A DNA stretch of 22,926 nt from Folioceros fuciformis (Eukaryota). A program made the translations under genes and the position numbers. The notes beneath the pieces are model-generated. The model ran no database searches and was not told the origin of the DNA. It saw only the letters and a program-made list of their open reading frames with translations. Within the stretch, counting starts at the first letter, position 1. The number at the start of each line of letters is the position of its first letter. This document shows positions 1-9,741 of the stretch, piece by piece. The DNA lies in contig JBNGIO010006379.1 in assembly GCA_049999805.1 (NCBI GenBank), positions 549,350-572,275 on the forward strand. Direction: 5' to 3'.

Positions 1-1089
1 AGCACGAGCGCAAAAAGCTTGGAATTGACGGCCACCGCGTCATCGGATCCCTGATGCACTTATACTAAGAAGCGCAGACCTCAAGCTTACGCATCTATGC
101 CCAGTTACGTCTTCTTGAAAGTGAGAAAAGCAAAGCTTAGGAAGTTGTGCAATCATAATGCGGCTGGAACAGGGTTCTTGGGATTCCTCAACAATGCAAG
201 CAAGCCTCAAACCCCAGAGATGACACATTCGGTAAGGCAGTTCGTCATGCTAGCCACCCATGCAGGCACGAGATGAATCCCCTAGGTTACACGTTCCTTG
301 TAGGGAAGCTGGCCCAGTCTGCTATCAGTCATAACTCAAGCACAAATGCCTCAGAACCCGATCGAGAACTCCGCAGCACGCATGCCAACAAAGAGAGAGA
401 GACAATGGGCATGGATTACTTGGCCACTCGTCGACGCTGGGGCAGTGGGGATGCTTTCACTTTGCCTGGTAACGGTGTAGTCAATAGCTTCCTGTGGCCG
501 ATGAGGCCACAATCCCCGCGTGCCTCGGGAATCTCTGCGGGCTGCAGCCTGCCAAGGTCATGTCTGTCCATTCAGGAATCCCAGAAGATCACATAATGGC
601 AGCTGTTGATGCCGTGGTGAGAAGCAGGTGGACAGAGGCGGATTTGCAACGTGCATATCTAGCCCAACGAACTACATACAATATATGTATGTATGTACAA
701 GGTGTGGACAAAAATGGCGTTTGTGAGCCGAGAAGGCGTGGTAAGATGTAAGACGGGTTTGGTGAAACGATAGGAGCATTCTTGTCCGCCCCCTTGGCCA
801 GACTGGGTGCTTGACTGCACACGGGGCAAAGTGCCCACCCATCCGGTCCAACATGCAAAACGGAATGCCAGCACCAGACGCCGTTGACAAGCAATGGCAG
901 GGAGTCCTGACGCACAGCTTTGCACTGCGTGTCACGGCATCAGCAACGTCACCTTTCTCCTTGTCACCGCGCACAACTGGGTACACTTGATATTCTATGA
1001 TTTGGCAGCAGCAGAGGCTGTGTGAGCTGTAGTTGTGGCAGTGCAGCTAGCTGCTACAGTATGTACATCTGCAGTTCGGACAGTGTAGG

Positions 1090-1605
1090 TCACCTCATGA
1101 TGTGAGAGAGAGCGACTTCTTGAACGGGCCACGGCCCACAACAAAAGCTTGCATCTGCCTCGCAGGTAACGTCATAATAGGGGTTGTAGGTACGCTATTC
1201 CCAGTCCAACCACTCCAAGGCCGACAGCACAGGATGGTAAGGGCAACCGAGGGGATGGATCATGGTGAGCAGTACTTGCCCTTCTCCTTCCCCTTCGAGG
1301 CATTGCCAACCCAACATGCCGCAGTGCTGTGCAAGCTACTCGAGCCCGCATGCAAGTGTGGCACATGCGAAGCCTGTGAAGAGGAAGGGACAGGCTCGAT
1401 CAACGGCAAAGGCAAGCTGGAGTGTGGAGTCAGGAGCACGGCATCGCCACATGCTCACAAGCTCCTCATGGCCCATATAGCACATCATACTGTGGAAGTA
1501 CATCCCGCGTAATGTGTGTGGCTTCTGCATCCAGCAGCTCTTTTCCGGGTACTGTAGATGGGTTTCCATCCCTTGTTTATAATAAAGTGTGTCCATTTTT
1601 TCCAA
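1090..1605 (-). pseudogene. Degenerate coding remnant of unknown family (possibly TE-derived)
   Basis: One minus-strand frame reads ...MGHEELVSMWRCRAPDSTLQLAFAVDRACPFLFTGFACATLACGLE*LAQHCGMLGWQCLEGEGEGQVLLTMIHPLGCPYHPVLSALEWLDWE*RTYNPYYDVTCEADASFCCGPWPVQEVALSHIMR*. It has many G/C-ending codons, two in-frame TAG stops (1336-1338, 1195-1197; each one C>T change from CAG) and an excess of Cys codons. The + ORF 1102..1512 is its antisense shadow. No family recognised. Confidence 0.4.
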
Positions 1606-2444
1606 CCAGCAGCTCCGTTGCTTCTGCGGATAGATTGCTGGGGTCTACTGGATACATGCATACCTACAGTGCAGAGCTTCTGGTGTGGGAGTCCGGACGC
1701 GTGGGAAGTGACAAGCTCGCTCAACGGATCTGGTCCCACCTGTGCCACCCCCGACTCGATGCGCTTCCTGGCCTGGATCCACAAACCGACAAAGTTCGTT
1801 GAAAGTTAATCGAAAAAACATAAGTGCAAAATTACATTTTACCACATTTTATATAATGGCGATGCAGCTGTCCAGCTGCCATAGCCTGTTGTGTAGTGAT
1901 CGCTACGCAGGCCTCTATAAAGGGTAAAGGGAAGCCGACAAACTGCCATGCGGAAAGGAGATAGCACAGCTAGCTCGTGTGCAAAATGCATCACGCATAC
2001 ACAATGCACGCAGGAAAAGGGCAGCCAAACAAGGGAACAAGAAGAGGCAGAGGCAGAGCTGGGTCCAGGAGCGATTAAATTGTCCACTGCAGTTGCACAA
2101 AGCCAATCTGTCTGACGAGATTGGAGATAGTGTAGGTTGTGTGCCAGGGCGGTGATAAGGTGGGTGGGTATGTATGTATGCTTCTAGGTGATGAGAAGAG
2201 ACAAGACGAAGAAGAAGCAGAGGCAGAAGAAGAAATTCTATAGAGAGAGAGCTCAAGCGGGGCCGTCACCCCCGGGGCCGGGCTCCTTCCGGTCTGGTCT
2301 GGACAAAAGAGGCTACGACGCTGGAGCCAGGGCAGTGCTGTGGCGACTGTGATTGCCCTGGCCTACCAGAGGAGCAACATTGAATGTCGCCTGTCAGTAC
2401 GGGTTGAAGGACCTCTGATGACGGAGGGACCCCGGTAAAGGGGC

Positions 2445-2451
2445 TATAAAT
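2445..2451 (+). promoter_or_regulatory. Candidate TATA box (TATAAAT) in a GC-rich segment upstream of the DUF547 gene
   Basis: GGGCTATAAATGG within GC-rich sequence (2260-2560), followed by a long pyrimidine-rich leader-like region before the ATG at 3651. Motif match only. Confidence 0.25.
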
Positions 2452-3650
2452 GGACCGGACACTGTGACTCACGCCCGGGTTTTTGAACCTCGAGGCCGGC
2501 CCCCCGGCCCGGAAACGGGCACACTTCCAACGGGCAAATCGCAGAAGCCAGGCCACGCGACCGTCGACGCAAGGAAGGTGGAAACGACCGAGTGTTTACG
2601 GACCAAGGGTACGGGGGTTTAGCCCAGTTTGAATTGAGATTAGCCGGGCATGTCGTTCTTCCACCTGCTGAGATCGCGCTTTCGACCTGCTTCCAGTGCG
2701 TGTTTGTCTTGTCTTACGGGCGTCTGATCTGGCGCGGGAGCAGGGCAAGCCTGTCGCCCGCTGCCCAGCGGCGAGCCCCACTCCGGGAGCCCTTCTCACA
2801 GCCACTGCTCCGCTGCTCTGCTTGCTGCCTTTCTTCCGCTGCCGAGCTCCCGGCAAGGCCCCGTTACAGTCGGTGAGGTTATTTCTGGCGCCTGTGTGCC
2901 GCACGTTACCTTTCTGGATTCCCACCCAGCCCTCGGCGAGCCCTTGTCCAGCCCGCTCCCCCTCTTGCCTTGGTCTATTATTTTTCCAGTGCCTGACCCG
3001 GTTCCTTCCCGCTTCTGCTGTTGCGCTGCCGCTTTTGGTTGTTGTTGGCAGCCAAGTGTCTGCTTTGCTTCAGCTGCCTCTCCTGCTCCTGTTCTCCTGT
3101 TGTCACACCTCTGTTGGTGCAGTCGGGAACTTAGATCCCCGCGCACGTTCCTCCACCTGCCATCGCTGTTTCGGGTATTGCTGCTTCTTTTAGAAGCGGC
3201 ACTGCCGTCCTTGTTGCTGCTGGCGCCCTGTCATCTTGTCAATTGCCTTGCTTGCATGCTGTGCTTGGAATTCCTGCTGCTCCGCGCCGCACCTGCCATC
3301 TCTTCTTGGGCAAGATTGCTGCTCTGCGGCTTGCAGATTTCCACTGCTGCTGCTGTCGCTGTGTGCTGTGTTGTGCTGTCCGGCGCCTTCTTGGTCTTGA
3401 TTCGGGTACGGGACTGCCAATGGGGATTTGCGTCCGGACGCTGGCCCAGCCCCCACCATCTGTCCAATCCCGCCAACCCCTCACCAACAACAGCAGGAGC
3501 AGCGAGGACGCAAGATTCGTTCGCATCGCGTCGCTGCTGAGCCCAAGCGGTAGAGCCTTCTTGTTGGTGGAGCAATGCCAGGGTCACACGTGATGTAGCT
3601 CTCCAGGTGCTTCAACACAGCGTCTTTCGCAACCCGCATTCGGTCCCGCC

Positions 3651-6191
3651 ATGGCTCTCAAGCCTACCTGGGCTCGGATCCATGGTCTGTTCTCGGACAA
3701 GAATGCTGCTGCTGCTGCTCCCGCCGTGAAGCGGCCGCCTGCTTCTGGATCTGTGTCTCCCTTACCCGCGTCCCCCGTCACAGCGACGGTGCAGGAGTGG
3801 GACTGGGATCTTCCGCCTGCTGCGGCCTCCTTTGCAGGTGACGGTGAGGGTGAAGAAGGAGGTGAAGCTGAACGCGAGGGGGAGGGGCAGCGGGAGCAGA
3901 CCAAACACGTCTCCGCCGCTGCCTCTGAAGATGAATCCCTCTCCGTAACCTTACGACAGCGGAGGATGGCGCTGGAAGAGGAAGTGGCAGGGTTACGCAA
4001 GACTTTGCTGCAGGAAGGAAACATTCACAGGGCTCTGGAACGCGCCTTGAGAAGAACTGCTGGTGTGCTTCCCCGATTGCCAGCCTACGTGCCTGCGCCA
4101 ACCCGGAAGCTTCTGGCGGAAGTGGCTGTGCTGGAGGAAGAGGTGACCAATCTTGAAGAAGATGTGGTGTCGCTGCGGGAGGATTTGTACAAGGAAGCTC
4201 TCCTCTTCTCTTGTGCAACGCAGAAAGCCAGCGCTGTCGCCAAGGCCAAGGCTCAAGCGCAAACCCAAGCCCAAGCTGAAGCTCCGGCTCCTGCCAAGGA
4301 GACAGTGGACGAAGCTGCGGTTCCCACCTCTGCTGACAGCACCGTCGATACGGAGTCTCCCAAGACGTCTGACATCCAATTGCCGGAATCTGCAGTGTCG
4401 GATGCTAAGCAGGGGCCGCGGAAGGACTCGGTGGTCGCCAAGTTGCTCCAAACAGGTACCAAGCCTCAGGCACCTGCCAACGGCAAGCACCAGGGATCGC
4501 AGCTCGTTAAGGCACCAGGAAAGGCGGGTGCTGGCAGGTTGATGATAGTGGAAACCAAACCGGCGGCCTGGAAGCAAACCTCGAGCCGCAGCAGCGCTGC
4601 CTCTTCTGCTCAGCCTTCTCCTCAGCTGTCTCCCAAGGTGCCTGCCAAGCCTCTGCCGACTCCGCGCACTGTCTCCAATGGTAAAGGAAGCAAGGGCAAT
4701 CAGGTCGTGGCTTCCAAGCCGCAGAAGGCACCTGGAACCGGAGGTGTTCAGAGTAAGCCTGTGAGCAGGCCTCGTCAAGTCGGTTTGTTGGAGAAGGAGA
4801 ATCAGGGAATGGCAAACAAGAACGCCAAGCGAATGCCGCTGGCGCAGCCAGTCAAGACCAAATCTCGGCCTGAGCAGCTAGCCAAAGCTTCTGGAGATGG
4901 CCCGCTACTGAAGCCATCAGCATCTCTGGCAGCGAGTATTCCTTCAGCAACGCCTGCAGCAACACCTTCAGCAACAACGCCCGCAGCAACACCTTCAGCA
5001 ACAACGCCTGCAGCAACACCTTCAGCAACGCCTGCAGCAACACCGCTAGCTACTCCTGCAGCTACTCCTTCAGTTTCTCCCGCAGCTTCTCGACCAGGGT
5101 CCCCCAAGTCGGTGGCAACCCCCAAGCTTTTCTCTCTCTCATCATCTGTGTATCTACAGGACGGGGTGATGCAGAGGTCGGAGGCAAACAAGCTGTCTGA
5201 GGAGATGGTGAGTTGCTTGATGGACATATATTCAAAGCTGGCCGGGGTGTCTTCTGTCTCAGAAGCGGATGCATCTTCCGTGGTCTCAAGGTCCACATAT
5301 GGATCAAGCTCTAGTTCCAGGAGCTTAGGCTCTGCAGCCAGCAGTGCCAGGTTCACCGTCTTCTCCAGTGACGTGGATTCTGACCCTTACGGCGTCTGCC
5401 CCCCAGGTATGGCAAGGGACATCGGGGCGTATGCAGATTACCAGGAGATCACGGCAGCATCATTCGACCATAGCCGCGTCCCAGCCTCCGCTGCTCTTTA
5501 CCGCAGGCACAGGGTGCTGCTGAAGAAGCTCAGCGTTGTCAATCTCCGGGGTCTTACACACCAGCAGAAGCTGGCATTTTGGATCAACGCCTATAATGTG
5601 TGCATGATGCACGCCTTTTTGGAGAACGGCATCCCGTCCAGTCCACACAAGACTTTTGCTCTTATGCGCAAGGCAGTGCTCAACGTGGGAGGATACCTGC
5701 TCAACCCCCTGGCCATCGAGCACTTCATCCTCCGCCTTCCCTCCCAAGCCAAGCAGGAGGACGTGGATCGGGACATTGCCAACTCCGGCTCCGCCAATGA
5801 CTACAGCCAGCAGAGCGCCTATGGGCTGCAATGGCCCGAGCCGCTGGTTAGTTTTGCCTTAAGCTGCGGGAGCAGATCTTCCCCTGCTGTGCGAGTGTAC
5901 ACCCCGGGAGAAGTGGAAGCAGAGCTGGAAGTCGCCAAGCGGGACTACCTGGAGGCTGCTATTGGCATCACGGCTGACAACAAGATCATCATCCCAAAGC
6001 TCCTGGAGTGGTATCTGCGAGATTTTGCCAAGGATGCACAGTCTTTGCTAGAGTGGATTAGCCAGCAGCTGCCTTCAACACTTCAACAACTCTTGCAAAG
6101 CCGCATCGAGAGCTTGGAACCTGATGAATTGCCACGCCATATCGAGGTGATGCCATATGACTTCGACTTCCGTTATCTGTTTGCATGCTAG
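3651..6191 (+). CDS. Leucine-zipper (MIP1-type) plus DUF547 domain protein, 846 aa, single exon
   Basis: Uninterrupted ATG..TAG ORF. N-terminal coiled coil LEEEVAGLRKTLLQEGNIHRALERAL...LLAEVAVLEEEVTNLEEDV, a long low-complexity linker, then DUF547-type motifs KLAFWINAYN, EPLVSFALSCGSRSSPAVRVY, PKLLEWYLRDF and terminal PYDFDFRYL. Confidence 0.9.
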   Translation: MALKPTWARIHGLFSDKNAAAAAPAVKRPPASGSVSPLPASPVTATVQEWDWDLPPAAASFAGDGEGEEGGEAEREGEGQREQTKHVSAAASEDESLSVTLRQRRMALEEEVAGLRKTLLQEGNIHRALERALRRTAGVLPRLPAYVPAPTRKLLAEVAVLEEEVTNLEEDVVSLREDLYKEALLFSCATQKASAVAKAKAQAQTQAQAEAPAPAKETVDEAAVPTSADSTVDTESPKTSDIQLPESAVSDAKQGPRKDSVVAKLLQTGTKPQAPANGKHQGSQLVKAPGKAGAGRLMIVETKPAAWKQTSSRSSAASSAQPSPQLSPKVPAKPLPTPRTVSNGKGSKGNQVVASKPQKAPGTGGVQSKPVSRPRQVGLLEKENQGMANKNAKRMPLAQPVKTKSRPEQLAKASGDGPLLKPSASLAASIPSATPAATPSATTPAATPSATTPAATPSATPAATPLATPAATPSVSPAASRPGSPKSVATPKLFSLSSSVYLQDGVMQRSEANKLSEEMVSCLMDIYSKLAGVSSVSEADASSVVSRSTYGSSSSSRSLGSAASSARFTVFSSDVDSDPYGVCPPGMARDIGAYADYQEITAASFDHSRVPASAALYRRHRVLLKKLSVVNLRGLTHQQKLAFWINAYNVCMMHAFLENGIPSSPHKTFALMRKAVLNVGGYLLNPLAIEHFILRLPSQAKQEDVDRDIANSGSANDYSQQSAYGLQWPEPLVSFALSCGSRSSPAVRVYTPGEVEAELEVAKRDYLEAAIGITADNKIIIPKLLEWYLRDFAKDAQSLLEWISQQLPSTLQQLLQSRIESLEPDELPRHIEVMPYDFDFRYLFAC
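4941..5075 (+). repeat. Coding minisatellite, 24/27-bp units encoding PSAT(T)PAAT
   Basis: CCTTCAGCAAC(AAC)GCCTGCAGCAACA repeated about 4 times plus degenerate copies, giving PSATPAATPSATTPAATPSATTPAATPSATPAATPLATPAATPS in the DUF547 linker. Confidence 0.9.
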
Positions 6192-6639
6192 GCCGCTACC
6201 GCTTTGCTGCAGGAACAGGATGCTTGTAACTTTAGCCCTCAACGGTTTCCTCTGCATTTGTAGCCTGCTCGCTTGGTCTTTCTCCGGATCACGTGTACCA
6301 TGTCTCCATTTCGCTGCATACAGATAGGATTGAATTTTTTGGCTTGGGGTTCCAGACTGGTCGCCTTCCGCTTTCCTCACAGTTTCATGTTTTAACTGTG
6401 ATTCATTTCCATCGGCTCATGTACATAGAGGGGCGTTTTACACACTAGACGGCCGATGTGTACATTGTCACAAGTCATATTGGTGAAAGGATGTTGAGCA
6501 AACACTTGTATTGGTTCTAACCGCCCAAGGCATAGGTCTGTTCCGGGGATGTTGAATCCTATCACGGTAGCAATTGAAATATTTGTCAATGTGAACACGC
6601 CATGCTGATCGGTCTGGTTCAGAGATGGTAACTTAGAGG

Positions 6640-6790
6640 TAACTTGGCCTCATTTAGGAATGATAAACCTAACTTGGCCTTTATGTAGGGGTCATGCAGG
6701 GATGATACACCTAACTTGGCCTTTATTTAGGGGTCAATTAGGGATGATAAACCTAACTTGGCCTTTATTGAGGGTTCATGTAGGGATGTG
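6640..6790. repeat. Tandem minisatellite, 42-bp period, about 3 copies plus a shorter 30-bp copy
   Basis: Core AACTTGGCCT starts at 6641, 6671, 6713 and 6755. Approximate unit ATGATAAACCTAACTTGGCCTTTATTTAGGGGTCATGTAGGG. Confidence 0.85.
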
Positions 6791-6844
6791 ACACCATTTA
6801 GGGACGATGTCATATAATATGGCCTCGTTGAGGAATGATCTTCT

Positions 6845-6948
6845 TTAGGGACGGTGGTAATTGGTCCTTTTTAGGGACGACGGTAATTGGCCTTGTTTAT
6901 TGACGATGGTAGTCCGTCCTCGTTAGGGATGATGGTAATACGGTCCGC
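6845..6948. repeat. Tandem minisatellite, 26-bp period, 4 degenerate copies
   Basis: Units start at 6845, 6871, 6897 and 6923, with approximate consensus TTAGGGACGATGGTAATTGGCCCTTT. Confidence 0.8.
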
Positions 6949-7603
6949 CCTCAATTAGCTCTCATCCAAGTTGCACCCGCAAAGAACATAAAAAATTTTC
7001 GGAGGCTAATCCGGACTTCAGAAGTGCAAGGATTTGACAACGTACTTGTCAACCAGCTATTTTGAAGCCATTATCTGTCCCTCTGATGCTGAACCAAGGC
7101 TGGGACGCTAATAAACAGCGCAGATGGTGTACATACGGAGATGCGAGAAGACCGAATTTTTGGCATCGGAAGTTCACTCCCAAACATGCGATTGCGATTC
7201 GTCCGGCCTTTGCTTGGGATAACTCTGGTTAGTTAGCCTAGCAGCAAGCGGAGGATTGTGGATATCGCGCGAATGTGGATATTTCGAAGCAACTACCTAT
7301 ACATCGAGTGGCGGGCTTTTTGGGCACAAGTTTCTGCTGGGCTAGACTCTGTAGGATCTCGCTCTCTGCCTCTGCTATGGTCTGCTGGCAACTGGTTTGC
7401 AGCGCGGAGTCTGAGGATATGGGTTGCTGGTTTACTCGGTCCCACAGCGTCGGCAGCTGCTGGCGAGCGGCGATGAAATGCTGATGAGTCGGAGGCACAA
7501 CAAGGCTGGGCGAGGGCGAGGAGGATGCGTCTGGTACATTTGCTGATATAATGTAGGAAAGCGCCGGCCGGGGGAGCAAGGGCAGTAGTAATAGGAGGGA
7601 GGA

Positions 7604-8925
7604 ATGTCAGGCCCAGGCAGTCGCAAGAGATGGCGTCTCGGAAGCGGTGGTGCGTGGGAGAGCATCCCGGAGGTCGTGATCATCAACGTGTTCGCGCTTC
7701 TACCGGTGGAGGAGGTTCTCAAATCCTGCGCCCTGGTGTGCAAGGCGTGGAGGGGGCTGGCTGGCGACGAGGCTCTGTGGCGGCAGTTGTGCGAGGACTC
7801 CGGGCTGCAGGGGGAGGGGGGCAGGAGGGTTGTCGGGGGATGGAAGGCCCTGTTCCGGGCCGTATTCCGGAACAACTTGGTTGCCAGCCCGCATTTTGAG
7901 CGCATTCACCATATGGATGCCAGTTTGTTGAAGGCGCAACCGCTGATGCGGTGCGAGGCCAAGCATCGGCTGCTGTTCGACAGGATCTACTGGGAGGACG
8001 AAGCCGCGCTGGAGGAGTTCCAGTCTTTCAGCCACTGGGCACCGGACGGAGGTTGCCTGTTCCAGCAGGGTGGCGGGGACGGGGTGGTGCGGGAGCAGCC
8101 GCCGTCCGGCTCCACGCCCTGCCCTGCTGCTCCCTCCCGCCCTGTCATTGCCACGTCCAGGGAGTGGGGCAAGCTGCAGCAGTCCATCGGGTTGCAAGCC
8201 TTTTCTGCCACCTTTCTTGATGCCAGCCCGCCCCTGATGCTTTCCGTGTGGTTCGGGGGAAGGCACGACGCCGACGGCGTCTTCAGAGTGCAATTGCTGC
8301 TGCGGGACGAGAGCAAGTCTCCCTTGGCTGCCTGGTATGGTATGGTACGGCATGGTATGCTGGCATTGTTCTTTCCTCTTCTCCTCTTCACGCTCCGTCC
8401 AGACAGGAGCGCTCAAATTGCATGCTCGCCGGACTGAGTATGGGGTTTCTGGTCCTTTGTGTGCGGCAGGGATTCAGGGGAGCTTAGAACAAATGGGCCT
8501 CACTGGAAGGAAGCTAGGCGTCTCATCCGTGGTTATCCACAGGTCAGTCTTGTCGTATGCACTCTGGAGAGCTCTGAAGCTTCATGCCCTGGTGCAACGT
8601 GCTTACAACTTCCTGGCTGATACCAACTCCACTAAACTGGTTTTCGCTCCTCTACGATGTCCAGGGACTGCGGTCCATCATCGTAAAGATCGGTGGGAAA
8701 TGCTTAACACCCAAACCGGGTTTTTATGGCGCCAAGTTCACCGCTGTTAAGCTCGTATTCTTGCGGGCTCGTGAGGTGCTTCTCATCTATCTGGCTTCTG
8801 CTGTCATCCGGTTGTGCAATTGGATAACCCAGTTTTTTGTGCTTGGCTTCCGCGGTTTCGCGTTGCAGGTTGCAAGCGACACCAAGTTCGAAAAACTGGG
8901 CAAGCTGATGACCCTGGTTGAATGA
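7604..8925 (+). CDS. F-box protein with C-terminal FBA (Fbs/FBXO2-FBXO6-like sugar-binding) domain; join(7604..8334,8470..8542,8665..8775,8869..8925), ~323 aa
   Basis: F-box IPEVVIINVFALLPVEEVLKSCALVCKAWRGLAGDEALW. FBA-like elements RNNLVASPHFE, GGGDG, ATSREWGKLQQSI, FLDASPPLMLSVWFGGRHD. GT-AG introns 8335-8469 and 8543-8664 join in frame to give HWKEARRLIRGYPQGLRSIIVKIGGK...GFYGAKFT, which resembles the FBA C-terminus. Intron 8776-8868 is in frame and less certain; the stop at 8923-8925 holds either way. Confidence 0.8.
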
Positions 8926-9741
8926 GGAAGGTGACCCACCACACCCCAGCTTCCTGTCCTGTCATTGAGTTCACGATCCTCCGCCTACGCGGGATATTCA
9001 TCTGCTGCAATGCAAGCAGACAGCATTTTGGCTCTTTCTTCCGTGATGTCCACAAAATGGAATTTGTATTCTCCTCCAATCAGGTCTGTGCCGACCGTGG
9101 GTGGCACGAAACGTGTTCATCGGGTGGATTGTCAGATCCTGTCACGGAAATTGTAACATACAAGATCCGAATGAAGTAAGTGCTGACGAGTATCATACCT
9201 GCATGCACTCATTATCCAAGTTGGGGCATTGAGCAGGCCGTTGATGCGTTCGCTACTTGTATTCAAGTGCGAGTTCCGCCCGATGAGAAGCTAACTGTTT
9301 TGTCTGGACGGACGCGGTACTGTACAGCCTTGCAGACGTACGTATGCACATACGGGACTGAAGGAGGCGGCACAGCTTGTCTGACTAGCCAATAATATAA
9401 CCAGAATCGTTCAAAATTGAACCTGGGTTGAACCCAACCAATGGCACCGGCCCCACGGCCGCGCCTTTAACGTTGATCTAGTGATGGGTGTCTTGTTGGC
9501 CGGCAGAGTTCGGTACCACTGGGCACCGAGCTCGAGGAACGTTGCTCGTGGTGGGCCACTCCGCTCCTAACTAGGCACGCTCAATTTGCTAGCACGATAG
9601 CAACTCTATGGCAGCAACTCCGCGCTCCTTGATGTCTCTTCACTGTATGGCGATTCAAAAAAATGCTTTTAGAAATGTCGGACTTAGAAGCGACGCGGCG
9701 CGCTCTCCAGACTTATCGCCAAATTAGGATGCCCAGATGTT

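Noticed and set aside
40-986. Short ORFs on both strands at the window start
   Set aside because: No recognisable motifs and no consistent exon chain; at most a continuation of the decayed remnant at 1090-1605.
2592-3593. Cys/Leu-rich ORFs such as 2696..3193 and 2896..3540
   Set aside because: Mostly non-ATG starts, and their composition reflects CT/GCT-rich leader-like sequence upstream of the DUF547 gene.
3584-5862. Multiple antisense and alternate-frame ORFs inside the DUF547 gene
   Set aside because: Shadow ORFs of a GC-rich coding sequence.
6640-6948. Possible CRISPR array
   Set aside because: Units are contiguous and degenerate with no unique spacers, there are no cas genes, and the context is eukaryotic.
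8335-8437. Hydrophobic C-terminus of ORF 7604..8437 as a transmembrane anchor
   Set aside because: It is read-through into intron 1; splicing restores the FBA domain.
9600-9741. Remnant DYW deaminase domain after the PPR stop
   Set aside because: No HSE, CxxC or DYW-like residues seen in the sequence I read downstream of the stop.
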